Assembly: GCA_003152555.1 (NCBI GenBank)
Contig: PMAL01000141.1
Span: forward strand, 2,109-46,455
Direction of reading: 5' to 3'
DNA length: 44,347 nucleotides
Source: Acidimicrobiaceae bacterium
GTDB lineage: Bacteria; Actinomycetota; Acidimicrobiia; Acidimicrobiales; RAAP-2
Shown: in pieces, positions 1 through 9,718 of the stretch
Layout: each line of letters starts with the position of its first letter
How positions within the stretch are numbered: the stretch's first letter is position 1
Program-made: the position numbers and the translations under genes
Notes under the pieces: generated by a model
What the model saw: only the letters and a program-made list of their open reading frames with translations
What the model was told of the DNA's origin: nothing
Databases searched by the model: none

Positions 1-58
1 GTTCGGTCGACCCCTAGGCTGCATTTGGTGGGTTCGCCCGCGGAGAGAAAGGGCGACA

Positions 59-1237
59 ATGCCTGTAGCAGTCATCGTGGACGCCGTACGCACCCCGGGC
101 GGCAAACGAAACGGAAAATTGAAGAACTGGCATCCGGCCGACCTCGCGTCCGAGGCTTTAATGGCCATAGCTGAACGAAACAACTTGGACCCCGCGCTCG
201 TCGACGACGTGATCATGGGCTGCGTGTCCCAGGTCGGTGAACAGGCATTCAACGTCGCACGAAATGCGGTGCTCGCCGCGGGCTGGCCCGAGTCGGTGCC
301 GGCGACCACCATTGACCGCCAGTGTGGCTCATCCCAGCAGGCGCTGCACTTTGCGGCCCAGGGCGTGATAGCCGGGGCCTACGACATAGTGGTCGCCGCG
401 GGTGTCGAAGCCATGACCCGAGTGCCGATGGGCGCCTCCATGGGCAAGGACCTCGGATTTCCCTTTGGCCCGCGTGTCTTTGAGCGCTACGCGCCCCAGG
501 GCGGACTGAAGAACCAGGGAATCGGCGCCGAGATGATCGCCGACCAGTGGGGAATTTCACGCGAAGACCTCGATGCGTTTTCTGCCGAAAGTCACCGCCG
601 CGCCGCGCAGGCGACCCTCGAGGGTCGCTTCGAACGCGAGATTCTGCCCATCTACGTTCGTGACGACGACGGTCAAGCGACCGAGGAACTCATGACGAGT
701 GATGAAGGAATCCGAGCTGACTCGACGGTCGCCACGCTCGCCAACCTGAAACCGGCGTTCAAGGAGGACGGCAAGGTCACTGCGGGCAACTCCTCGCAGA
801 TTACTGACGGCGCCTCGGCGGTCCTCATCATGAGCGAAGAGAAGGCCCGGGAACTGGGCTACACCCCGAGGGCTAAATTCCACACCTTTGCCCTCGCTGG
901 TGTTGACCCGGTCACCATGTTGACGGGTCCAATTCCCGCCACCGTCAAGGTCTTAGAGCGTGCCGGGCTGACGCTCGATGACATTGATCTCATTGAGATC
1001 AATGAAGCGTTCGCCTCGGTCGTGCTCGCCTGGCAGAAGGAACTGAACGTCGACCTCTCCAAGGTCAACGTCAATGGTGGCGCGATCGCGCTCGGTCACC
1101 CGCTGGGCGCGTCGGGCACCAAGCTCTGTGCCACGTTGCTCAATGAATTAGAGCGCACTGGTGGGCGTTACGGACTGCTGACCATGTGCGAGGGCGGCGG
1201 GCTCGCGAACGCCACCATCATCGAGCGCATGAGCTAA
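59..1237 (+). CDS. Acetyl-CoA C-acyltransferase (thiolase)
   Basis: Thiolase motifs RQCGSS (catalytic Cys), NEAFA, GGAIALGHPLGASG and C-terminal MCEGGG. Confidence 0.95.
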   Translation: MPVAVIVDAVRTPGGKRNGKLKNWHPADLASEALMAIAERNNLDPALVDDVIMGCVSQVGEQAFNVARNAVLAAGWPESVPATTIDRQCGSSQQALHFAAQGVIAGAYDIVVAAGVEAMTRVPMGASMGKDLGFPFGPRVFERYAPQGGLKNQGIGAEMIADQWGISREDLDAFSAESHRRAAQATLEGRFEREILPIYVRDDDGQATEELMTSDEGIRADSTVATLANLKPAFKEDGKVTAGNSSQITDGASAVLIMSEEKARELGYTPRAKFHTFALAGVDPVTMLTGPIPATVKVLERAGLTLDDIDLIEINEAFASVVLAWQKELNVDLSKVNVNGGAIALGHPLGASGTKLCATLLNELERTGGRYGLLTMCEGGGLANATIIERMS

Positions 1238-1265
1238 CGACTTAGAGACTGGCGAGTCCAGTCGT

Positions 1266-1541
1266 TCAGCGGTATCGAGTGGCGAGGTAGAAGGCCGAGA
1301 ACATCGAGACCAGGCCCGCCACGAGGTACCAACCCGACACGGAACCGGGCAACACGCTCAAGTAGTTAAGAACAATGATGAGCACGCCGAGCACTAACAA
1401 CGTCAGCAGCAACCAACCGAACCAACGAGGGCTGTGGTCCGAGTTGACGGGCTTGCGCGCGGTGTAGCTGCCCCGGCCCTCGGCCGAGACGTAGCGTCCC
1501 ATTTCCTTGCTCTTGCGTCGCTTCTGTCCCGTCTTAGCCAT
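1266..1541 (-). CDS. crgA: Cell division protein CrgA
   Basis: 91 aa; basic N-terminus, SPRWF motif, two TM helices, ends in ATRYR; usual position downstream of pknB. Confidence 0.85.
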   Translation of the reverse strand: MAKTGQKRRKSKEMGRYVSAEGRGSYTARKPVNSDHSPRWFGWLLLTLLVLGVLIIVLNYLSVLPGSVSGWYLVAGLVSMFSAFYLATRYR

Positions 1542-1579
1542 AGATCATGATGTTACTTGTGGGCCAGCGTAGAAATTTT

Positions 1580-3475
1580 CTAGTAACTGGGCGAACCTGG
1601 ACAGACCGTGAGTTCAACCGTTGATCCGTACGGTGCCTGGGTGCCCGCGCTGGGGCTCTGGCTTAACACGGTGCCGGTCGATTCCGTTGCGGGACATGTC
1701 CCAAACGGCGCCTGTTGGAAGTCAGCCACGAGGTTTCCCGCGGTAAGCGCCGCTTGGGCATCAGTCGAACTATCGGTGACCACATCGGGTACAGGGACCA
1801 TGCAGGGCCCCGATGACGTCAAGAACTCAACGGTGTCGCCGGGCTTTACTTGCGCTCCGGCGGGCGGTACCGTGCTCACGACGTTGCCAACGGGTTGGGT
1901 GTTTGAACACGCCGTGCCGGATTTTGGAGATTGCGAGAGTTGATACTGCCCGAGCACCGAAGACGCCGCCGCCACCGTGTCGCCCCCCATTGAAGGCAGC
2001 GGGAAGGGCGCGTTGGGTGCCAGTACCACCAAGATCACGGTGTCACCAGTTTGATCGTGAGTTCTAAAAGGGGGGCTCTGGGCGAGCACAACATTGGGAC
2101 TGCCCTTTGTCGCGAGGCGCACCTTGTACTGCAAATCGGCTTGCTGGAGAGTGCTTTCAGCTTGCAGCAGCGTCATGCCCACGAGTTTGGGCACCACTAC
2201 GGGCTTCGTGGTGTGACCGAGGCTCACCTGCAGGGTCACCGTCTCGCCCTTATGGATCTTTGCCTTAGGCGCGGGGTCAGTGGAGAGCACCGTGAACTGT
2301 GGCTTCTTCGACGACACCTCATGGGTCTTGCCAATTTCCAGACCGTCCTTTTGCAGGGTCTGCGTCGCCACCGACACCGGCTGACCAATGACGTCAGGCA
2401 TCGAGGTGATCGTATGTGAGGCCGTCAACAAGATGTAGGCCACACCGGCGCCGACCACGAGCAAGACGACGACCGCGGTCCAGATCGCGCTCGAGTAGTT
2501 TCTCCGGCGCCGACGGACGTCTCGACGCGGGCCGGACATCATCGGTACGGCCTGTGTTCGGCTGCCCCCTGGGACCGTGGCGACTGACCTCGTCGCGTCA
2601 TCTCCAAAGAACGCCACTTCGTGACCGGCCGCGCGAACGGGTTGGCCTTCACTAAAGCGCAGCAAGTCCGCGCGAAACTCGTCGGCTGACTGGTAACGCT
2701 GCGACGGGGACTTGCCGAGCGCCTCCATCACAATGGCTTCTAAGTCACTGGGCACGTCGCGGTTGAACTGAGACGGCGGCGGCACTGGATCGTTCACGTG
2801 TTGACTGGACACCGCGACCGGGGAGTCACCAACAAACGGCGGGCGGCCCACCAGCATCTCGTAGAGCACCACACCGAGGGAGTAGACGTCGCTTCTTCCG
2901 TCGACCGGCGCTCCGGACGCCTGTTCGGGCGAAAAATACGTCGCGGTGCCCATGACGGAACCGGCCTCGGCAAAAAGATCCTCACTCGACACAGCTTGGG
3001 CAATGCCGAAGTCCGTGACCTTCACCTGTCCATCGCTCGTAATGAGAATGTTGCCCGGCTTCACGTCACGGTGCACCACGCCGCTGCGATGGGCGTAGCC
3101 GAGCGCCGCCGCCACTTGCGCAGCAATGACGGCACTTCGCGCCGGTGTCAGTGTTTTTGAACCGCGAAGTTCGTGGTCGAGTGACGTGCCGTCGATGAGC
3201 TCCATGACAATGAAGTACGTGCCGTTGTCCTCGCCCCAGTCAAAGACGGGGACAATATTCGGGTGCGAGAGATTAGCGGCCGCCTGGGCCTCACGGCGGA
3301 ACCGCTCGACGAACAGCGGGTCGGCGCTGAGCTCGGGGTAGAGAATCTTGAGCGCGACGGCGCGGCTGAGCAAAAGGTCTTGGGCGCGGTAAACCAGCGC
3401 CATGCCGCCACGATCAATGAGATGAGTGACCTCATACCGATTCGAGTAAATTCTGGGGTCGCTCACGGGCTCCAT
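1580..3475 (-). CDS. pknB: PASTA-domain Ser/Thr protein kinase PknB
   Basis: Kinase motifs GGMALVY, VALK, HRDVKPGN, DFGIA, GTATYFSPEQ; one TM helix; about four PASTA repeats (MPDVIGQ, VPKLVGM, LPSMGGD, VPDVVTD). Confidence 0.95.
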   Translation of the reverse strand: MEPVSDPRIYSNRYEVTHLIDRGGMALVYRAQDLLLSRAVALKILYPELSADPLFVERFRREAQAAANLSHPNIVPVFDWGEDNGTYFIVMELIDGTSLDHELRGSKTLTPARSAVIAAQVAAALGYAHRSGVVHRDVKPGNILITSDGQVKVTDFGIAQAVSSEDLFAEAGSVMGTATYFSPEQASGAPVDGRSDVYSLGVVLYEMLVGRPPFVGDSPVAVSSQHVNDPVPPPSQFNRDVPSDLEAIVMEALGKSPSQRYQSADEFRADLLRFSEGQPVRAAGHEVAFFGDDATRSVATVPGGSRTQAVPMMSGPRRDVRRRRRNYSSAIWTAVVVLLVVGAGVAYILLTASHTITSMPDVIGQPVSVATQTLQKDGLEIGKTHEVSSKKPQFTVLSTDPAPKAKIHKGETVTLQVSLGHTTKPVVVPKLVGMTLLQAESTLQQADLQYKVRLATKGSPNVVLAQSPPFRTHDQTGDTVILVVLAPNAPFPLPSMGGDTVAAASSVLGQYQLSQSPKSGTACSNTQPVGNVVSTVPPAGAQVKPGDTVEFLTSSGPCMVPVPDVVTDSSTDAQAALTAGNLVADFQQAPFGTCPATESTGTVLSQSPSAGTQAPYGSTVELTVCPGSPSY

Positions 3476-3516
3476 ACGCTGTTTAGCCTACGCCTTTTGC
3501 TTAAGAATTAAGTTCG

Positions 3517-5022
3517 TCAAGTCGGGCACGTCGTCGACGTGCCCGTCGCAGGCAGACCCGCCTGCATCGCCAGCGCGCCTTCGATGACGCACTTCATGAT
3601 CGGTCCGGCAATTTCGGCACCGGTTCGGCTGTAACCCTGGTACGGAACGCTGACCGCCACCGCGATTGTCGGATCAGTCGCGGGAGCGAACGCAATCATC
3701 CAGTCGTCCGTGTCATTCGTGAGATCATTGCCCACTTGCGCCGTTCCGGTCTTGGCGGCAACGTCGTCCGCGGGCAGGAAAATTCCGTATGCCGTACCCG
3801 ACGTCACTACCTTTTGCATCAGCGGCACGATCTGCGCGGCCTGGGCTGGTGTCAGGGGCTGCTTCCACACTGAATCCTTGTAACGCTTTACGACCGTCCC
3901 GTCCGGTGCGCTGATATAAGACATCAGGTGTGGTGTCATTATTGTGCCGCCGTCGGCAATTCCCTCGGCCACCAAGGCGTTCTGTAATGCCGTCGCGCTC
4001 ACATCTTCTTGACCAATGGCCGAATAGGCGAGAAATGGAGGGTTGGCCGCCAGGTTCGCCTCTGCAGGAAAAAACGAAGCCACGCCTCCGGGCAGGTCAA
4101 GCGGAGGGATTTCGTTGAAGCCGAAGGCGTTCGCCTCTTTTGTCAGGTCTTGTGCACCGAGCGCGATGCCGAGCAGGCCGTAGCCGGGGTCGCAGGATTG
4201 CGGCAGCATCTCTTCGACCGTGCCCCCACAACTCACGTGACCATCGTTGTAGAGCAGTTTCGTCGTGTCGGGGAGTTTCGTATACACCATCGGCGGATAA
4301 TATTTTGTCAAAAGTGAGGGCTGGTAGGCAACAATCCCGGCCGTCGTGATGACTTTGAACGTCGATCCCGGAAAGAAAGTTTGCTGGGTCGCCAAGAGAC
4401 CGAGTGGTGAGAAGCCCTCCTTGTCCTTGGTATTCACTTGCTTCCACGCGGCTTTTTGAACCGAAGTCGTAAGCGACGTGAACGGCGCCGGATTGAATGT
4501 TGGATTGGAATACAAAGCGAGGGTGTCCCCGGTCTTTGGATCAAACGCCACGACGGATCCGTCGCGCCCCGCGAGGGCGCTCTGGGAAATTCTTTGCAAC
4601 GTGGGACTGATAGTCAGCGTGACTGAATCGGCCGACTTGGTAGGCGCCAAAACCTGCTCGAAACTCTGCGCTGGTTGCGCGTGGGCTTCGAGATAGTTGT
4701 TGTATTGCGCTTCAAGCCACCAATTGCCTTCCGCAGTTGAAGTGAAGCCCACGATGCCAGAGAACAACCGACCTGTCGGATAGATCCGGCGCCAGGGATT
4801 TGCGTGACTGGAGGTCGCCACCGACTGGGCCAACACCGTGCCGTCGGCCGCGCGAATCTCACCTCGTTGATACTGCGTGCTATTCACCGACGCGTTGCGC
4901 GGATTCAAATTTGAAGCGTTCAGCGCCGACGCGTGAAAGAACTGCACCCACGCCGACTGGGCCGCGATCACCACGAAAAGCAGCAGGATTACCGAAGCCA
5001 AAATGCTGAGACGACGCGACAT
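3517..5022 (-). CDS. pbpA: Class B penicillin-binding protein PbpA
   Basis: N-terminal TM anchor, RGEIRAADG, SxxK (GSTFK), SCD at the SxN position, KTGTAQ; located in the pknB operon. Confidence 0.9.
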   Translation of the reverse strand: MSRRLSILASVILLLFVVIAAQSAWVQFFHASALNASNLNPRNASVNSTQYQRGEIRAADGTVLAQSVATSSHANPWRRIYPTGRLFSGIVGFTSTAEGNWWLEAQYNNYLEAHAQPAQSFEQVLAPTKSADSVTLTISPTLQRISQSALAGRDGSVVAFDPKTGDTLALYSNPTFNPAPFTSLTTSVQKAAWKQVNTKDKEGFSPLGLLATQQTFFPGSTFKVITTAGIVAYQPSLLTKYYPPMVYTKLPDTTKLLYNDGHVSCGGTVEEMLPQSCDPGYGLLGIALGAQDLTKEANAFGFNEIPPLDLPGGVASFFPAEANLAANPPFLAYSAIGQEDVSATALQNALVAEGIADGGTIMTPHLMSYISAPDGTVVKRYKDSVWKQPLTPAQAAQIVPLMQKVVTSGTAYGIFLPADDVAAKTGTAQVGNDLTNDTDDWMIAFAPATDPTIAVAVSVPYQGYSRTGAEIAGPIMKCVIEGALAMQAGLPATGTSTTCPT

Positions 5023-5025
5023 GGA

Positions 5026-6246
5026 CTAACCCGCCGCTTTCTTTACTGTCGTAGTCGTCGACGAACCGGCGAGCGTAGTGGTCGTAGTTGATGCGACCTT
5101 CAGCTCATGTTGATGCACCCGCCAGAGATTGCGGATGTGCGTCGCGTACTTGAGCGCAAAGTTAAGTGTTGGTGCGCTAATGGTTGAACTGAGCGCCCTT
5201 TCGTCAGACGGGAGTAGTTGCGAAGACGGGTAGTCCGTGTCAAAGACCTTCTTCGGCTTGAACCAGAGAACGCCGTTGGGCTGGCCCTGGTAGACCGCGA
5301 TTACACCGGCATCGTTGCCTATGTAATACGTGGAGTACGCGTACCACTTAACCACGTACACGGCACCGATCACAACGATGGCCAGCATCATGACACTGGC
5401 CCACACCCGCCACGTGAGGCGACGCGGTCTCGCCGACCTGCGCGCGGGCACTGCTCGCGTACTGTGCACGACCGGTGGTGGGCGCGTGCTGACCGTTCGC
5501 TTTATCTCAGTGGTCGCGACACTCACTTCATCGAACTCCAGAAGGATGACCGATATGTTGTCGCGACCTCCCGCGTGGTTCGCTGCCGCGACCAGTTGGT
5601 CCACCGACTCTTTGAGCGGCGTGGGCGAACTCGCCATCCTCGCCAGTTCCTCGTTAGACAGTTCATTAGAAAGTCCGTCACTGCAGAGCAGTATCCGGTC
5701 GCCCGGCAACGCGTTGAGCGAGATCACATCAATTTCCAACGCCTCTTCGATGCCGAGCGCTCGGGTCAGTTGATGGCGGCGCGGGTGCACTTTTGCCTCT
5801 TCGGGTGTCAGGCGTCCCATACGGACCCACTCTTCGGCGACACTGTGGTCTTCACTCAGTAAACGCAGCGCGCCGTCGCGAACTTGGTAGGCCCGCGAAT
5901 CGCCGACATTAAATAGTGTCGGCGACACCACGCCATCGTTGTCTTGGGTGAGGCCCACGGCAATCGCTGTCGTACCCATCCCAAAGTGCTCCGAGTGCTC
6001 ACCCGCGTTCGCCAGTATTGCCCGATTGGCGGCCTCGATGGCCATGTAGAGACCCTCGACAGTGGGCCGTTTGTGGAATTCATCACGTACCAACTCAATG
6101 GTGATAGCGGCCGCTACTTCTCCCGCAGCGTGTCCTCCCATGCCGTCGGCAACCAACGCCAGAATGTCATCGGCGAACACCGCATCTTGATTGGTCTCGC
6201 GCACTACCCCGGTATCAGTCGCCGCGGCGTAACGCCATCGCGTCAA
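5026..6246 (-). CDS. pstP: PP2C-family Ser/Thr phosphatase PstP, membrane anchored
   Basis: RETNQD, VADGMGGH, GDSRAY, CSDGL and GGRDN motifs; TM helix, extracellular domain and Thr-rich tail. Confidence 0.93.
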   Translation of the reverse strand: MTRWRYAAATDTGVVRETNQDAVFADDILALVADGMGGHAAGEVAAAITIELVRDEFHKRPTVEGLYMAIEAANRAILANAGEHSEHFGMGTTAIAVGLTQDNDGVVSPTLFNVGDSRAYQVRDGALRLLSEDHSVAEEWVRMGRLTPEEAKVHPRRHQLTRALGIEEALEIDVISLNALPGDRILLCSDGLSNELSNEELARMASSPTPLKESVDQLVAAANHAGGRDNISVILLEFDEVSVATTEIKRTVSTRPPPVVHSTRAVPARRSARPRRLTWRVWASVMMLAIVVIGAVYVVKWYAYSTYYIGNDAGVIAVYQGQPNGVLWFKPKKVFDTDYPSSQLLPSDERALSSTISAPTLNFALKYATHIRNLWRVHQHELKVASTTTTTLAGSSTTTTVKKAAG

Positions 6247-6695
6247 CGAACCACCTCGAAGAGAACACCGCCAACTTGCACGATGTCCCCTCGATCCAAT
6301 TGGACGCGACCCTTAATGAGTTCCTCATTGACGTACGTGCCATTAGTTGATCCCAGGTCTTCAATTGAAAGATCGCCGTCATCGTTCGCCACTCGCGCGT
6401 GACGCGACGAAAGATACGTGTCATTCAGTACGACGTCACAATCGGGACTGCGACCAATTGTTACTGCGCGCTCCACGTCCAAGCGCTCGCCAGCGCGAGG
6501 TAGCGGCTCAATGTATTCCAGGCCGAGCGCCGACCCGCGCCGACGACCCTTGGTGGTCACCTCTTCGGGCGAGCGCGCTTGGACTGAAGCAACGCGCAGC
6601 ACACGGAAGAAGAAAAGGATGGCAATCACCATTACCAGAACCTGCAGCGGACGTACAACCGCCGCGTAGTTCGACGACGCGGCCAGGAAACTCAA
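6243..6695 (-). CDS. fhaB: FHA-domain protein FhaB/FipA
   Basis: N-terminal TM helix; FHA motifs IGR, SSRHA and DLGSTNGT. Confidence 0.88.
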   Translation of the reverse strand: MSFLAASSNYAAVVRPLQVLVMVIAILFFFRVLRVASVQARSPEEVTTKGRRRGSALGLEYIEPLPRAGERLDVERAVTIGRSPDCDVVLNDTYLSSRHARVANDDGDLSIEDLGSTNGTYVNEELIKGRVQLDRGDIVQVGGVLFEVVR

Positions 6696-7339
6696 GCGAG
6701 CTCAATCCTCAAATGAAGCGTCGCCACGGTCACGTCGTCACGCGGAGACAGCGAAACGGACGTAATGCGATGGCCATTCACGAACGTGCCGTTGGTTGAC
6801 TCCAAGTCTCGTATGGCAACCCCCTCATTCGTGCGCCACACCTCGGCGTGACGCCGCGAAACGTTGGAGTCGTTGATGACGACGTCGGCTTCAGGACTGC
6901 GACCGATCACCAACGGACGATCACCAATGTTGAAGGCACGCCCGTCGTCGGCGAGCAGACGCGGCTGACCTTCTCCGCCCACGAACTCCGTCTTCACCGC
7001 GAGGTTGCCGGCCTTTAAGTCGTCGTCAATGAATACTTCGACCTTTACTGGCCCCACGAAGTTGTAACCCTCGCTGACGGCGTGCTGGCGAACCGTCTCT
7101 TCGAGTTCGGCGATGAGAGCCTTTTGAAATCCGTTGAAGCGATCAGCATCGATGGGCCCGAGCCACACGCGAATCCGGTTGGCCGAGATTGGGCCTTGGC
7201 TGGACAGTCGACGGGTGAGGTCAATCTCGCGGATGATTCGTGCGCCAATCTCGATTGGCTGCAGTGAATTCTTGAACGGCCGTGACAGGGACCCCTCAAA
7301 GATTCGCTCGAGGCGATTTTCAACTTTTTTCAGAACCAT
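6692..7339 (-). CDS. fhaA: FhaA (DUF3662 plus FHA domain), short-linker form
   Basis: DUF3662-like N-terminus (ENRLERIFEG...LQPIEI); C-terminal FHA (IGRS, VSRRHA, STNGT). Confidence 0.88.
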   Translation of the reverse strand: MVLKKVENRLERIFEGSLSRPFKNSLQPIEIGARIIREIDLTRRLSSQGPISANRIRVWLGPIDADRFNGFQKALIAELEETVRQHAVSEGYNFVGPVKVEVFIDDDLKAGNLAVKTEFVGGEGQPRLLADDGRAFNIGDRPLVIGRSPEADVVINDSNVSRRHAEVWRTNEGVAIRDLESTNGTFVNGHRITSVSLSPRDDVTVATLHLRIELA

Positions 7340-7425
7340 GGCACTTTCAACTGTACCGGTCGCCCGTACTCAATCGGAGTCGCAATTCTCAGTTCCAACC
7401 GTTGGACTATTGTTGCGGGGTCTTA

Positions 7426-7509
7426 GGGCGAGTGGCGGAATTGGCAGACGCGCAGGCTTCAGGTGCCTGTATCCGAAAGGATGTGGGGGTTCAAGTCCCC
7501 CCTCGCCCA
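7426..7509 (+). tRNA. tRNA-Leu (anticodon CAG); 3' CCA not encoded
   Basis: Acceptor stem GGGCGAG/CTCGCCC, D-arm TGGCGGAATTGGCAGACGC, anticodon arm CAGGC-TTCAGGT-GCCTG, long variable arm ATCC-GAAA-GGAT, T-loop GGTTCAAGTCC; divergent from fhaA as is usual in Actinobacteria. Confidence 0.97.
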
Positions 7510-7613
7510 CGACGGGTGCCTCGTGAGCGCCAACGGCAACCAGCCGTATTTCGCGCGCAGCGATCCCTCCATCAACTCGTTCGTTTCCCTTGGCGACGGT
7601 AGGGTCATACCGG

Positions 7614-8336
7614 ATGGATAGTTCCGACCAATCGACATTCGAAGTGTCGAACCTCCGTGTCGTGCGGAATGGTAACGAAATCTTAAAGTCGATTTCGTTT
7701 CGTGCAGCTCCTGGCGAGCTCATTGGCCTGCTCGGGCCAAGCGGCAGCGGCAAGAGCACCCTGATGCGTTCACTTCTCGGCGTCCAGGCGATCACCGGCG
7801 GATCCGCGCGGATCATGGAGTCCGCCGCAGGATCACCGGCCTTGCGCGGCCGACTCGGTTACATGGCCCAAAGCGCAGCCGTCTACCTCGACCTCACCGT
7901 CGAAGAGAACATCCGCTACTTTGCCGGCGTACTGGTTCAGCCTCTTTCTGAGGTCGCGCGCGTAATGGACGTCGTCGCTCTGACTTCCTTCTCCCGCCGC
8001 CTCGTTTCATCGCTGTCCGGCGGCGAGCGGACGCGTGTGTCGCTTGGCATCGCCCTATTGGGTTCGCCCCCCGCGCTGATACTGGACGAACCGACCGTTG
8101 GGTTAGACCCGATACTGCGGCGCGACCTATGGCGCACGTTCGAAGCCCTCGCCAGAACTGGCGCTACGGTCATCGTGTCGAGTCACGTGATGGATGAAGC
8201 GGCTCGTTGTGCCAGGTTGCTGCTGCTACGTGACGGGACGCTACTGTTCGACGGCACGCCAGCATCACTGCTGGCGACTTCCGAAGCGCCCGGCTACGAC
8301 GAAGCGTTCGAGCGACTCATCGAAGGCAGTCGATGA
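7614..8336 (+). CDS. ABC transporter ATP-binding protein (ABC-2 type exporter)
   Basis: Walker A GPSGSGKS, signature LSGGE, Walker B ILDEPT; ATG at 7614 preferred over TTG at 7590. Confidence 0.9.
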   Translation: MDSSDQSTFEVSNLRVVRNGNEILKSISFRAAPGELIGLLGPSGSGKSTLMRSLLGVQAITGGSARIMESAAGSPALRGRLGYMAQSAAVYLDLTVEENIRYFAGVLVQPLSEVARVMDVVALTSFSRRLVSSLSGGERTRVSLGIALLGSPPALILDEPTVGLDPILRRDLWRTFEALARTGATVIVSSHVMDEAARCARLLLLRDGTLLFDGTPASLLATSEAPGYDEAFERLIEGSR

Positions 8337-9058
8337 GCCTGCGACGGACGCTGCTCACCACAAGACGCATTCTCGAACAGTTGCGCCATGATCCGCGGAC
8401 CCTCGCGCTTTTGCTACTCGTTCCAACGGCATTGGTGGGTCTCTTAGCGTGGTCCCTGACCAACCAGCCTGGTGCCTTCGACTCGGTTGGCCCGAAACTG
8501 CTCGGCGTGTTTCCTCTCATGGTTATGTTTCTCGTCACGTCGGTCATTACTCTGCGCGAGAGGACCGTTGGAACCCTTGAGCGTCTCTTCACGCTGCCCT
8601 TAACAAAGGCGGATTTCGTCGCGGGCTACGCGATCGCCTTTGGGGCCCTCGCACTGGTCCAAAGCCTGCTCGTCTCCGTTCTCTCCTACACCTGGTACGG
8701 GCTGGCCCACCAGGGCGTGCCGTGGCGCATCAGCATCGTGGCGCTCTGCGCCGGTCTGCTCGGCACCGCGTTCGGATTGGCGCTGAGCGCGGTAGCTCAC
8801 ACAGAATTCCAGGCTGTTCAGTTCATGCCGGCGTTCATCCTGCCCCAGCTACTTCTGTGCGGCCTTGTAATTCCCGTCAGTCATCTACCTTCCGTGCTCC
8901 GCGGCATCGCCAATGTGTTGCCGATGACGGCCGCCGTACATGCGATAACCCCGCTGCAGTCAAACGAGTACTACGTTGCCCAGTTCGCCATCATGCTCGC
9001 GTACATCTTCGCCGCGCTCGTTGTTGGAGCAGGCACCCTTCGCCGAGTGACCAAATAG
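8333..9058 (+). CDS. ABC-2 type transporter permease
   Basis: About six TM helices; RERTVGTLERL and TEFQAVQFMP motifs; ATGA overlap with the ATPase gene. Confidence 0.9.
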   Translation: MSLRRTLLTTRRILEQLRHDPRTLALLLLVPTALVGLLAWSLTNQPGAFDSVGPKLLGVFPLMVMFLVTSVITLRERTVGTLERLFTLPLTKADFVAGYAIAFGALALVQSLLVSVLSYTWYGLAHQGVPWRISIVALCAGLLGTAFGLALSAVAHTEFQAVQFMPAFILPQLLLCGLVIPVSHLPSVLRGIANVLPMTAAVHAITPLQSNEYYVAQFAIMLAYIFAALVVGAGTLRRVTK

Positions 9059-9324
9059 CGTCAGTCACTCTTCGCACCCCCGAGTTCAGAGATACATTGA
9101 GGCGCTGGCAAGACCAAACCCCGACGTTGTTCGTAGGCCATGCACAGTGGTTCAGATGTCCAGAGCGACGCAAGGGGGGTGGCTAGTCACCCCTCGACCA
9201 CCGCGGTAATGTCTCAGGATCACTGGGCAGTTGAACCTTTAACTATCCGTGTCAACCGTGACGGAACAAACGCGTTGAACCACAATTGAGTGACTGCCGA
9301 TTGCGCCGAAGATGAAACCTCAGC

Positions 9325-9718
9325 TCATGAACCTCCGGGCATGTGTCCCGCGGTGTGAATCACTTCAAGCGACGTCGCACCAACGGACAGTTTCATCCCG
9401 TCGGCCAGGTACCCGTCGGGCAACAGTTCGAGATAGACCTCGTGCCACAGCATTACATCGTCGAGGTGCAACAGGATCGGGGCACCGAGGACGTTCGCCA
9501 GGGGTCGAGCGGCGTTGATACGGTCATCGTGACCATGGGCCAATGATGGCGACCGTGGCGCGACCCGCGACGGGCGCCACTGCTGGGTGGTGGTCGTTCG
9601 CGGCGTCGATCACCAACACCTCTCCTTCATCGCCCACGACGCAGACGTTGTCTTCTACCTCGACGTCCAACTCGTCGAGAGAGAAGGTCCCTGATGTACG
9701 GACCGACTCGAGCTTCAC
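9325..9718 (-). pseudogene. MBL-fold metallo-hydrolase (Rv2260-like partner of MscR), frameshifted and truncated
   Basis: One frame gives TSGTFSLD...EDNVCVVGD..EVLVIDAA; after a frameshift near 9540 the next frame gives HGHDDR (degraded HxHxDH), APILLH..D and HTAGH, then a premature stop; ATG overlaps the mscR stop. Confidence 0.8.

Noticed and set aside
5040-5100. Trinucleotide-like GTC/GTA repeats at the pstP 3' end
   Set aside because: They encode a Thr-rich extracellular tail with mixed codons, not a DNA-level repeat element.
9520-9545. Programmed frameshift in the MBL hydrolase
   Set aside because: No slippery sequence, and the additional loss of a metal ligand plus truncation indicate pseudogenisation.
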